The translations under genes and the position numbers were made by a program. A stretch of 64,000 nt of DNA, taken from a virus. Below are positions 27,955 through 37,293 of the stretch, piece by piece. Position 1 is the first letter of the stretch. Every line of letters begins with the position of its first letter. Below the pieces are notes generated by a model, which saw only the letters and a program-made list of their open reading frames with translations, ran no database searches and was not told the origin of the DNA. The stretch is taken from IMG/VR virus record IMGVR_UViG_3300020447_000001, positions 1-64,000 of that record, one strand, 5' to 3'.

Positions 27955-30758
27955 GACAAGTTAAAGTAGGTTCAGAAGACATTACAACATATGTAATGCT
28001 TGTAGACGAAGTAGACGGATCCCCGAAGACTGGAATCGGGAATACAGCTGTCACTTGCCAATACACTCTCAACCAATCTACTGCTGCAACGCAATCTACT
28101 GGCCAATTTCTCCTGCATCCGGGGAGTTCGCATGTAGATTATGGATTTGTACAAGTTGATGCTACTAATTCGCCAGGATTATATCGGGTGGATTGGCCAA
28201 ATACTGCATTTGCTTCTGGTGATCAAGTATCACTTGCTGTGACTGGTTCTGGTTTTCATCCTGCTATAGAAACGGTCCAGCTTGTGGCTGCTGATGGATC
28301 AGACCTCGCAGCAGTTTTAGAGGACACAATAGATATCCAGTCTCGTATTCCAGCCGCACTGGTTGGCGGGCGGATTGACGCGAGCGCTGGAGCGATTAGC
28401 GCGGATGCCACAGCAGCGGATAACCTGGAAGCCATGCTCGATGGGACTGGCGGTGTAACGCTGTCTCTCGGGCAACTAGCAATCGTAGCGAGCAGCAACG
28501 ACGATGCGATCATTGCCGCTGGCTCAGGGACGGGGCATGGCATCATATCGACTGGAGGCTCTACGGGAATCGGGTTTGAGGTTGTCGGTGGCGGAACCAG
28601 TGGCGATGCAATCAAAGCGAGTGCGACCGATGGACACGGCATGTACCTCGCTGGTGGCACGAGCAACGAAGGGTTCGAGGCTGTTGGTGATGGAACAGCA
28701 GCGGGCATGACCGCCAGAGGAGGTTCCTCTGGTGACGGACTGTACGCTACTTCGGGCTGGAACGGCGGGGAAGGAATTTATGCATATGGCTTGTCTGTCA
28801 CATCGGATGGGCTCAAGGCGTCAGGGGGTGGTGCTGGGAAGGGCATCCGCGCTGACGAGATTGACGACATTCTAGAGGACACTGGAACTACGCTTCCAAC
28901 AACGCTTGCCACCATAGACGGCGAAGTCGGTGACATTCTAGAGGACACTGGCACTACGATTCCAGCGAGGTTACCTAGTGCATTAGATGGTGGTTTTATA
29001 AAAAGCAAACCTATGGCAATACATGATGTTGTTGCCGCAAAGCTTGGAACTTTAGCCATTGGAACCGTAAATGTCGTTACTTCAAATACATCGTTTACTG
29101 TAACTGGCGGCTTTTCGTCGCTGGATAATGTTTACAATGGGCGCACAATTGTCATTGAAGATGCCAACAATTCGTTACAACGGCAGCTTGGCGTTGTTAA
29201 AGACTATGTGGGATACGAAAAGATTGTAGAGTTAGAGATTGATCCTGGTATTTTTACGATATCTAGCACAGATATTGTCTATATGTTAGCTACGCCGCAC
29301 GTTACTGCTATTGCAGACGCAGTATGGGACGAAGACCTTGATCCTGCTCACATTACTGCGGGGACTGCGGGTAAAGCAGTGATAGACATAGAAGTGGACA
29401 CGGCAGAGATTGGAACTGCTGGCGATGGACTGACTGCTGTTTCGAATCAGGTATGGTCAGCAAGCGTACATCCTGGGTCCACGGGAACCGGACTCAAGCT
29501 TTATGACATTAGCGTAGATACCGCAGAGATTGGCACAGCAGGAGATGGCCTGACTGACTTGGGTGGCATGTCCGCTGGCATGAAAGCTGAGATCACAGCC
29601 CAAGCGTGGGACGTTACTGCTTCTTCCTATACTGCCGCCGGTAGCATGGGAAAAATTATGAACAACATGGAGGCAGAGCATGACGATAATACATTGATGT
29701 TGCAAGCAACTATAGCTGCTTATTCGTCAAACACTGAGTTTATTGTTGACAGCGGCAGTACCGTTAATGACACGTATCTTGGCTGCACAATAATTATAAG
29801 AGACGCTAGTGATGCTTCAGTGAAAGCGGTAGGCGTTATTTCTGATTACCTTGGCGCTTCAAAGACTATCACGTTATCTTACGACCCAAATCCGCTTTTT
29901 ACCTTTGCGATTGGTGATAGCGTAAATATCATTGCTGTGCCAAATAAAGTATCTCCTGCTACGCAAACTCAGCTGATAGCTTCAGTGTGGAGTGAAAATA
30001 GTGTTGGATACCCGCTTCCCGGTACTTTCGGTAATATTCTTCGTCACTTAGGCGACGATCTTAATTCGTTGTTATTAAGTACAACTATAGCCACTTACAC
30101 ATCGCAAACGTCATTCGCTCTCACAGCGGGTAGCTCTCTTAATGGTGCGTATGTTGGCTCCACAATAATTATAACCGACCACAACGATGGCGAAAAAGCG
30201 GTATGTATTGTTTCTGCTTATGTTGGCGTAACAAAAACTGTCACGTTACAATATAACCCCGCTAACACCTGGACGTTCGAAGCCGATGACATTGTAAATA
30301 TTATTGCAGCGCCAAGCCAGTTACATTCTTCTATCCCAACCACAATATCGCAGTCTGTATGGACGTCAAGTGTGAATGCTGGTTCCACGGGGACCGGTTT
30401 AAAGCTTTATGATATCAAGGAAGATACAACGAGCCTTTTGACTGACACAGCTACTCTTAAAAGCAGAACGCCAATACATCCGGTAAAAAATGTAGCCCTA
30501 GCTAATTTCCCGTTTTTAATGGTATCTGACGTTGATCATGTATCACCAGTAGCAGATCTAAGCAGTATCACGGCAGAACGTGCTATTGATAACGGTTCAT
30601 TTAGCGCTATAGCCAGCGCAGTTTCAGTTATTGGCAACGGGATGTATAGAGTTGACCTATCTGCTTCCGACATGAATGGAGATACCATCACCCTTCGTTT
30701 TTCTGCGACGAGTGCTGACGATCGTTTAATTATTGTACTAACCCAACCTAAAGAATAA
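27951..30758 (+). CDS. Long modular tail-fibre-like protein with internal repeats
   Basis: 935 aa; Gly-rich beta-solenoid segment; three T.SF.l..GS.....Y.G.TI.I.D...V.DY.G..K..L..P domains; duplicated DTAEIGTAGDGLT, ILEDTGTT and GSTGTGLKLYDI motifs. Confidence 0.65.
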   Translation: MRQVKVGSEDITTYVMLVDEVDGSPKTGIGNTAVTCQYTLNQSTAATQSTGQFLLHPGSSHVDYGFVQVDATNSPGLYRVDWPNTAFASGDQVSLAVTGSGFHPAIETVQLVAADGSDLAAVLEDTIDIQSRIPAALVGGRIDASAGAISADATAADNLEAMLDGTGGVTLSLGQLAIVASSNDDAIIAAGSGTGHGIISTGGSTGIGFEVVGGGTSGDAIKASATDGHGMYLAGGTSNEGFEAVGDGTAAGMTARGGSSGDGLYATSGWNGGEGIYAYGLSVTSDGLKASGGGAGKGIRADEIDDILEDTGTTLPTTLATIDGEVGDILEDTGTTIPARLPSALDGGFIKSKPMAIHDVVAAKLGTLAIGTVNVVTSNTSFTVTGGFSSLDNVYNGRTIVIEDANNSLQRQLGVVKDYVGYEKIVELEIDPGIFTISSTDIVYMLATPHVTAIADAVWDEDLDPAHITAGTAGKAVIDIEVDTAEIGTAGDGLTAVSNQVWSASVHPGSTGTGLKLYDISVDTAEIGTAGDGLTDLGGMSAGMKAEITAQAWDVTASSYTAAGSMGKIMNNMEAEHDDNTLMLQATIAAYSSNTEFIVDSGSTVNDTYLGCTIIIRDASDASVKAVGVISDYLGASKTITLSYDPNPLFTFAIGDSVNIIAVPNKVSPATQTQLIASVWSENSVGYPLPGTFGNILRHLGDDLNSLLLSTTIATYTSQTSFALTAGSSLNGAYVGSTIIITDHNDGEKAVCIVSAYVGVTKTVTLQYNPANTWTFEADDIVNIIAAPSQLHSSIPTTISQSVWTSSVNAGSTGTGLKLYDIKEDTTSLLTDTATLKSRTPIHPVKNVALANFPFLMVSDVDHVSPVADLSSITAERAIDNGSFSAIASAVSVIGNGMYRVDLSASDMNGDTITLRFSATSADDRLIIVLTQPKE

Positions 30759-30817
30759 CTCCGTAATTATGACGGTTTACGAGCAACAATTACAAAGGTT
30801 AATCAGTTGGGTTCGAA

Positions 30818-33103
30818 ATGATTCACACTTATGGTTCTAACGGAAATTATCATGGTTTTCAAACGTTAGCGTTTGAAGACTTTGGATTTCATTATCAACC
30901 GCCAGACCCAACACCACCTCGTGCCCGTCATTCGATTGGTGTAAATCAACCGCCCAATGGCGGTAATGATTACCCTTTTGTACGGCCCTCTCCTGACGTT
31001 TATTTTTTGTTGGGGGACTTCTACTTATCGTACGCAGACGACACTTGTTCTTATGCGTATCCGTTTCGTATTGAATGGATGTATGGGTTTGGAACAAGGC
31101 AATACTCAGAGTCGGGTTCAGAAGTAGATCCTCTGCCAGGGTACCCTACGCCAACGCACGAGTACGATATTTTAGTCAAAGACGCTAATAATGTTACTGT
31201 GTTTGATTCGACTGTAGTTGGTACTGGTGACGATGCAGATAACGTATCTCCATTTAAATGGAGTGAGTGGTATTCTAGGTATGTCGTTATCGAATGGACA
31301 GATAAAAGTAAAGACATTGTATGTCGATGCACTAAATTTATCGGGTGGGATTCCTACTCCACTGATTACCAGGAGTATGACGAATATATTGTTCCGGTTT
31401 ACAGTACGGGTACAGTAACGGATATCGCAAATTCCGGAGGAAAAACTAAATTAACAGTCACATACGATCAATCTGGTGCTCTGCTTCAAGTAGGTGATGT
31501 GGTTTATGTTAAAGAAACTGACGTTCCGGGTTATAACGTAGCGCACACAGTTGTTACTGAGCTTGGAGGGAAAATAACTGACACCACAGGCGATACTATC
31601 TCGCCAATTTCCGTTATTTCTAACAACCATGGTCTTTCCACAGGCGACCAGGTTTATATCAACGATGTTGAAGGGAATACGGCTGCTAATGGTACTTTTA
31701 TTGTCACAAATCTAGAACCGAACGTTTTTACTCTTGATGGCTCTACTGGAAACGGAGCATATACTAAAGGCGGGACGTGGCGAGCACCAACAAAGGTTGT
31801 TACGGATATCGCGTATTCCCAGGCAATTACTACCGCTGGTATTTGGCAGGATCCAGGCGGTATTTTAGATCCAAGAACTTACAACAAACTTCCTTTAAGG
31901 GTACGCAGTCTAACAGTAAGAGGAATATATGGCGATCTGGGAACTGTTCTCCAAGGCAATATATCTTTTCATTCTAATTACAACATTGAACTACAGGATA
32001 ATCCTGCGTCCATCGGGTTTATAGATTTTAACGCAGAAGAATTAGGCTTTGATTCCGGTAAGCCTGTTATTGAAGGTTCGCGTTTAGTAAATCGCATAGC
32101 TATTAATTCAGAGCCAGGGCTAGGTACCGGTACTTTTCCAAGTTGTAACCCGGATGACGTCCAAGCTCCTTTGCGGCGTCTAAATAACACAAAAGCCGAC
32201 GATACACAAAATATAACTTTGGATTCTGGTGTTGACTGTATTAGGCTACAACGGCCTGTGACGTTAGTAAATGATTGTCCTCGTCAGTTTGAGTTTGACG
32301 CAACAGTCACACCCGACGGAGCGATCACTAACCGGTTTGTTAACGATTGTGTGTCGTGTTGCGACTGCGATTATTTTGCACGCACGTACCAAGGTTTAAA
32401 GCGACAATGGAATGCTTATCAAGTAATTGCGGACGATACTATAGAAGCGAGGGATCAGTTCGAACAAAATGTTACGCGATGGAATTATCAAAAAGAATGC
32501 CGGGAAAGTAATCCGGTTATGTTGATAATTCGTGTATTGCCAAATTGTACTGTAGATGTAGGAGTAACTTTTGGTAATACAAGTGGATGTTGTTTAGTTG
32601 ATGTTCATATGCGATTAACGTTTGAATACTATAACGGTTCTGAATGGGTGATATACCCCACAGACGATTTGTGTGACGAAGGTATTATCCGTTCTATGGA
32701 TGTTAAACTGACTCAAGATCGAGGTGAAGTAAAGACCGCTGTGCCGATTGGTAAGTTCCCCGTTATTGACATTCTAGCAGACTATTTACCGCCATCTGCC
32801 ACGTTCCAAGTTGCAGCTAAATTATGTTTTCCTGGGTGTATACCCGCATCCCAATTTCGATGTCACGTACATATTTGGTGGGAGCACACAATAAACTCCG
32901 TACATCTAACGTGTGATTATCCCGATGCAATAACTGTTGATGCCAGCGTTTTAGCTATTTGGAGCGCCACGTCTATGGACGTGCCGCCTTATGATATTAC
33001 TTACGCGGTATCGTCGCCTACTAAAGATTTAAACACTTCAAGCGCGTTTTGTACCTCTGACAATGCAAGTTGCGAAAGGCCGCCGGAGTGTAGCATTGGT
33101 TGA
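30818..33103 (+). CDS. Virion fibre-associated paralog B with nested beta-barrel modules
   Basis: NDYPF, LQGNISFHSNYNIEL, PLRRLNN, CVSCCDC motifs shared with paralog A; NHGLSTGDQVYI...NGTF module. Confidence 0.55.
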   Translation: MIHTYGSNGNYHGFQTLAFEDFGFHYQPPDPTPPRARHSIGVNQPPNGGNDYPFVRPSPDVYFLLGDFYLSYADDTCSYAYPFRIEWMYGFGTRQYSESGSEVDPLPGYPTPTHEYDILVKDANNVTVFDSTVVGTGDDADNVSPFKWSEWYSRYVVIEWTDKSKDIVCRCTKFIGWDSYSTDYQEYDEYIVPVYSTGTVTDIANSGGKTKLTVTYDQSGALLQVGDVVYVKETDVPGYNVAHTVVTELGGKITDTTGDTISPISVISNNHGLSTGDQVYINDVEGNTAANGTFIVTNLEPNVFTLDGSTGNGAYTKGGTWRAPTKVVTDIAYSQAITTAGIWQDPGGILDPRTYNKLPLRVRSLTVRGIYGDLGTVLQGNISFHSNYNIELQDNPASIGFIDFNAEELGFDSGKPVIEGSRLVNRIAINSEPGLGTGTFPSCNPDDVQAPLRRLNNTKADDTQNITLDSGVDCIRLQRPVTLVNDCPRQFEFDATVTPDGAITNRFVNDCVSCCDCDYFARTYQGLKRQWNAYQVIADDTIEARDQFEQNVTRWNYQKECRESNPVMLIIRVLPNCTVDVGVTFGNTSGCCLVDVHMRLTFEYYNGSEWVIYPTDDLCDEGIIRSMDVKLTQDRGEVKTAVPIGKFPVIDILADYLPPSATFQVAAKLCFPGCIPASQFRCHVHIWWEHTINSVHLTCDYPDAITVDASVLAIWSATSMDVPPYDITYAVSSPTKDLNTSSAFCTSDNASCERPPECSIG

Positions 33104-33149
33104 TACCCGTAGATAAGTGCACTGATAAACTACCCGTTGAGTTTTAATT

Positions 33150-35012
33150 ATGGCTGTTGTAAACCAAGATTGGTACAACTTAAATGAGTCGCGGCCTTAC
33201 CCGTTGGCGGATAACGCTACCGCTTTAGATAACGAAGGTAATTTTCTTCCGTCAAATATTATCACAGATTTACGTGTACGATGGCCGGATTGGGCCGGAA
33301 CATACGCCTTTATAGGTTCTGTTGCTGTTTCACCTAGCATAGCTACTGTAACTATTTTAGTAGCAACAAGCCTTTCTAGCGATTCTTCTTATATTCCAAT
33401 AGCTGTAGTTTCCGTTCCACTAGCAGATTTTCAAGAGGGGCGACAGTACTCTCTTGAATCTATGTATCCCGGTGCTTTTGGGTACATAACACTTGGATCG
33501 GGCATAACGGCGAATTATAGCGGTCGGTTTTTAGGCCCGGCTCAGACACTTCTAACTTCCCGAGCAGCAAAGCCCCACCCCGGACTACCGGTTACAAGTT
33601 TAAATAAGCTTAATGACCAAACCGCACTGACTGGTTTAATTAATTTACGTGCGGAATCTCCCCTTTTTATTACTAAAGAAAGGCGGGTCATTGATGGCGA
33701 TTCCAAGGACGCGATTGTATTTTCAATAACTGAAGACGCTAGTAGAATTACTACCGAAGACGCAATAGAAACAGTACTTCAGACGTTAGCCGGGAATTGC
33801 GGTAAAAGACCAGAGTCAGGTAACTGCGGATCTCCCGAGCCAATTGAGTTTGTTAATTCAGTTGGTCCTGATTGTAACGGATTGCTTACGCTGGAATTTA
33901 CTGGTTGCGCTGTAGTGGGCCGTAATGTATCAGATTTAAATACAACTAATTACGATGACGATACTATTATTGTAGATTGCACTTCTGATATTGAAGATAC
34001 CTGCGCTCCGCCGATTTTACCCCGATTGTCCGACGGTAGATTGCCTAGCGAATATACTCCTGTTACGCCAGATCCTCCGGAACCACCTCCTCCGCCACCG
34101 TCTACACATGAGAGTGTGAGTGCACCGTTTAAATCTCCAATCTCACTACCCTACTGTGAGACTTTTGAAGACGACGTAGCGGACAATTTCTTTGACGTAG
34201 GTGAAGTTCCTAACTCAGCAGTGGCGGGTGCATGGAAATTCGAAGTAGCGACAAGTCCGGAAGACATTTGTCGTGATGAATCAATTGACGCGTCAGAATC
34301 TATAATACGATCAGGCAGTTATTCAACTAATACCGAAACGGGCGTTACATCTCGTAACATGTCCGTTTGGTATAGAGACATTGTTTCCAATCCCAATAAT
34401 TTTCCAGATACAAATCAAACGGTTTACCGCACGTTTACGACAGACCTAAGAATTGTAGTGAATTCTACAGACACACCATTAGTAACAACAGCACATCCAG
34501 ATAATGTCCAACAGAACGGTGGACTACTAGTAAATTATCGAATTAATCCTGCTACAGGTGGTCAAACGTTTTGGACGGCTTACGTAGAGACTAGTGTCAC
34601 TCCAGCGTCAGGCACGTTTGGTATTTATTATTATAACGGTGTGCGGTTGGTCAAACTTACGTACCCCAGCGGTGGGTATGCAGAAATGACTGGGCAAAGC
34701 TTATATCCAGATGTTTGGTACCGATTAACATTAGATGTGTCTCTAGAACGAAATACTCACGCAAATAGAAACGTAGTGTTGACGTCGACATTAACTGGGC
34801 CGTTGTCTTCATGGTCGTCTGAACCAGAAACACCGCAAAAACTTACTATAGGTTCTGTGCTTGTGCCTGTTAACGAATACGAAAATGAAGCGACGTACGG
34901 CGACGACGGAGAATCAGGGTTAGCCGGTTTTTACGCCCGCAAATCGGCAACACAGTTTTCCGCCTGGAAAGTAGAAGATAATCGTAGCAGTCCATCACAT
35001 TTGTACTACTAA
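33150..35012 (+). CDS. Virion fibre-associated paralog C
   Basis: DWYNLNESRPYPLAD, LTGLINLRAESPL, PIEFVNSVGPDC; Pro-rich linker, then a beta-sandwich/lectin-like C-terminus. Confidence 0.55.
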   Translation: MAVVNQDWYNLNESRPYPLADNATALDNEGNFLPSNIITDLRVRWPDWAGTYAFIGSVAVSPSIATVTILVATSLSSDSSYIPIAVVSVPLADFQEGRQYSLESMYPGAFGYITLGSGITANYSGRFLGPAQTLLTSRAAKPHPGLPVTSLNKLNDQTALTGLINLRAESPLFITKERRVIDGDSKDAIVFSITEDASRITTEDAIETVLQTLAGNCGKRPESGNCGSPEPIEFVNSVGPDCNGLLTLEFTGCAVVGRNVSDLNTTNYDDDTIIVDCTSDIEDTCAPPILPRLSDGRLPSEYTPVTPDPPEPPPPPPSTHESVSAPFKSPISLPYCETFEDDVADNFFDVGEVPNSAVAGAWKFEVATSPEDICRDESIDASESIIRSGSYSTNTETGVTSRNMSVWYRDIVSNPNNFPDTNQTVYRTFTTDLRIVVNSTDTPLVTTAHPDNVQQNGGLLVNYRINPATGGQTFWTAYVETSVTPASGTFGIYYYNGVRLVKLTYPSGGYAEMTGQSLYPDVWYRLTLDVSLERNTHANRNVVLTSTLTGPLSSWSSEPETPQKLTIGSVLVPVNEYENEATYGDDGESGLAGFYARKSATQFSAWKVEDNRSSPSHLYY

Positions 35013-35037
35013 GACTTTTAAATAGTGGAATTTAACG

Positions 35038-35922
35038 ATGCCCAGCCAAATACGACATCCTGAGTGGCGACCGTCGTTAGAGGGTACGAAGTACCCGTTT
35101 GCCCCTGGTTCGTCTCTAGTAAACAGTGACGGAATATCCCTGCCTGAATCAGGGCTTATTGACGCTCATCTCTACCCGATTGGCGGTAAAGATGGAATTT
35201 ATATGTCTCAAATAGTGATCACTTATGACTACGTTACGTTTCATATTGGAGACAGCGAGAATTTATCTATTGCGTCTGGAGCAGTAGGTATGAATTCTCT
35301 CCTAGCTTCGCCATTAGATAAGCGTGGTGTTATTATACAGCTTTCAGATGGGCATAGTCGTCCTGCTGGTGTTTTAGTTGCTAGCGCTATTGGAGTAGCT
35401 GCTTTCAGTACTTTAGGTCTTGGGACGCATGAATTTCTACAGGCACAGACTGAGTTCGTAACTACAGTATGTATGCCTACTCCTGAAATTGGCGTGCGGG
35501 GTGTAGTTTTGGAAGACGGTTCAATTTTGCCAGAACTACACACCGACGATTTGTGGTTTGTAGGTGGAGATGGTGTTATTTTATCCTACGAATTGAGTAC
35601 CGCTAAAGTTAAATGTTCATCCGCTTTGGATACTTTCCCAGCTATTCGTGTCGACATAGTAGGAGATCCTTTGGCGCTTCGGAAACTTTGTGCGACGGCT
35701 TCTGGTTATGAAACACCCGCGTTTATAAAAACAATTCGTGTTCAAAATACAGTTGACGGTTGTAACACAGAGCAATTTGATATTAATTTAAAAGAACGGG
35801 ATGGGAAATTATTTATACAAGGAAACGACGACTTAGCTGCCCATACGTCATTACGTATTAATACCAGTGCTGAGGGGTCTATTGAAATATCTATTGCCGG
35901 ATCACCTAATTACGAAGTCTGA
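35038..35922 (+). CDS. Virion fibre-associated paralog D
   Basis: EWRPSLEGTKYPF, LPESGLIDAHL, DLWFVGGDGVIL, FIKTIRV. Confidence 0.55.
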   Translation: MPSQIRHPEWRPSLEGTKYPFAPGSSLVNSDGISLPESGLIDAHLYPIGGKDGIYMSQIVITYDYVTFHIGDSENLSIASGAVGMNSLLASPLDKRGVIIQLSDGHSRPAGVLVASAIGVAAFSTLGLGTHEFLQAQTEFVTTVCMPTPEIGVRGVVLEDGSILPELHTDDLWFVGGDGVILSYELSTAKVKCSSALDTFPAIRVDIVGDPLALRKLCATASGYETPAFIKTIRVQNTVDGCNTEQFDINLKERDGKLFIQGNDDLAAHTSLRINTSAEGSIEISIAGSPNYEV

Positions 35923-35940
35923 CACGTAGGAATTATAAAA

Positions 35941-37278
35941 ATGGCACGTCCTGGTTGGTACAACGATAACGTAAATCGGTCCTTTCCGTTTTTAGAAACG
36001 ACTACAGGCGAATATTATCTTGAGTCACAGGCCGTTTCAGCTATGTCAGGTGATTTGATCACCCCAATAAGCATTTACTCTCCGACTCACGGGTTAGAAT
36101 CCGGCTACGAAATTGTAATCAGCGGTTCAACAGGAAATACCGCAGCTAATGGGACATGGACAATCACTAAGCTAGATGAGAATAACTTTTCGATCAACGA
36201 AACCGGGAATGGAACTTACGAGGCGTACGCAGAGTGGAGTTTGCAAAAGCCGCCGTCAATGAGATATCTCCCGAGTTATTACGTTGTTGATTGTGGGTTT
36301 ACTCTAGGTGGTAACGCTTCTTTTCCTGTGAACACTAGCCGTAGACTTCCCGCAATTGAAAACCTAGAGGCGGCAGTTTACTTAAAAAGAGTTTATCGTG
36401 CTGGCAATGAAGTTACTTTTGAGTTTCGTTGTACAGACCCCCAGATCAACGAGAAATATCCTCTAGTATTTACAAGAGATATTACTGTCCACACTGAGTA
36501 TGACGTAGAGTATGCAGACAGTGATTCTCCGGATGCTCCTGACAGCACTAGCGAGTCTGTGCCTGCTAGTTGCCAGATGCCTTTTTGGAGCGGCTATCTC
36601 GTCACAGGCGATATGGCTTTAATCGCTGCAAATCTGCCGGACGGGGAAAGTATAACCGCGCTAGATTGGGCTTTAACTGCAAGCAATACCCCTGTCGAGG
36701 CGCAAGAGGCTGTAGTTGAGCCGTCTGTTATTCAGAATTTATCTCGTGCAGTTGTATCTGGGATAAACATTGCGAATGACGATCGAACTAGAGCTACTCC
36801 CCCCAACATGAAGACTGAGGACGGGGAAGATACAGACGGTTGTGAGCCTTTTGAATGGCCGTTTGGCCTCATACCAGACGGATATTCGTATGTAACAGAA
36901 CAATGTCTTACGGGGGATGTCCGTTTTAAACCCGGATATAACGCAATAATAGTTTCAGATGCGACTAGTAACACAATTACGTTTCGTGCCGCATTAGGTG
37001 CAGGCGAAGGTCAGCCATGTAATCACGAAACAAAACTATTTCCTGAGGAAACTGGACCTACTTCAGCAGGCAATACTTGGGATAATAACCTGCTAGAAGG
37101 AGGTCCAATTTGTAAGGAGGTGGCGAGATCTGTTAATGGAATCGGTGGTCCGCTTATAAATTTTGTGGGCGGGCAGGGAGTCAGTATTGTTCCAGACCCT
37201 AGTAAAAATAAAGTAACAATTGATGTAGATCTAACAAGCATGGATTTATGTCAATATAGTACATATTCTGTCGGTTAA
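35941..37278 (+). CDS. Virion fibre-associated paralog E
   Basis: GWYNDNVNRSFPF, inserted THGLESGYEIVI..GNTAANGTW module, LTGDVRFKPGYNA, ARSVNGIGG. Confidence 0.55.
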   Translation: MARPGWYNDNVNRSFPFLETTTGEYYLESQAVSAMSGDLITPISIYSPTHGLESGYEIVISGSTGNTAANGTWTITKLDENNFSINETGNGTYEAYAEWSLQKPPSMRYLPSYYVVDCGFTLGGNASFPVNTSRRLPAIENLEAAVYLKRVYRAGNEVTFEFRCTDPQINEKYPLVFTRDITVHTEYDVEYADSDSPDAPDSTSESVPASCQMPFWSGYLVTGDMALIAANLPDGESITALDWALTASNTPVEAQEAVVEPSVIQNLSRAVVSGINIANDDRTRATPPNMKTEDGEDTDGCEPFEWPFGLIPDGYSYVTEQCLTGDVRFKPGYNAIIVSDATSNTITFRAALGAGEGQPCNHETKLFPEETGPTSAGNTWDNNLLEGGPICKEVARSVNGIGGPLINFVGGQGVSIVPDPSKNKVTIDVDLTSMDLCQYSTYSVG

Positions 37279-37293
37279 CGAAGAGTTCATATT

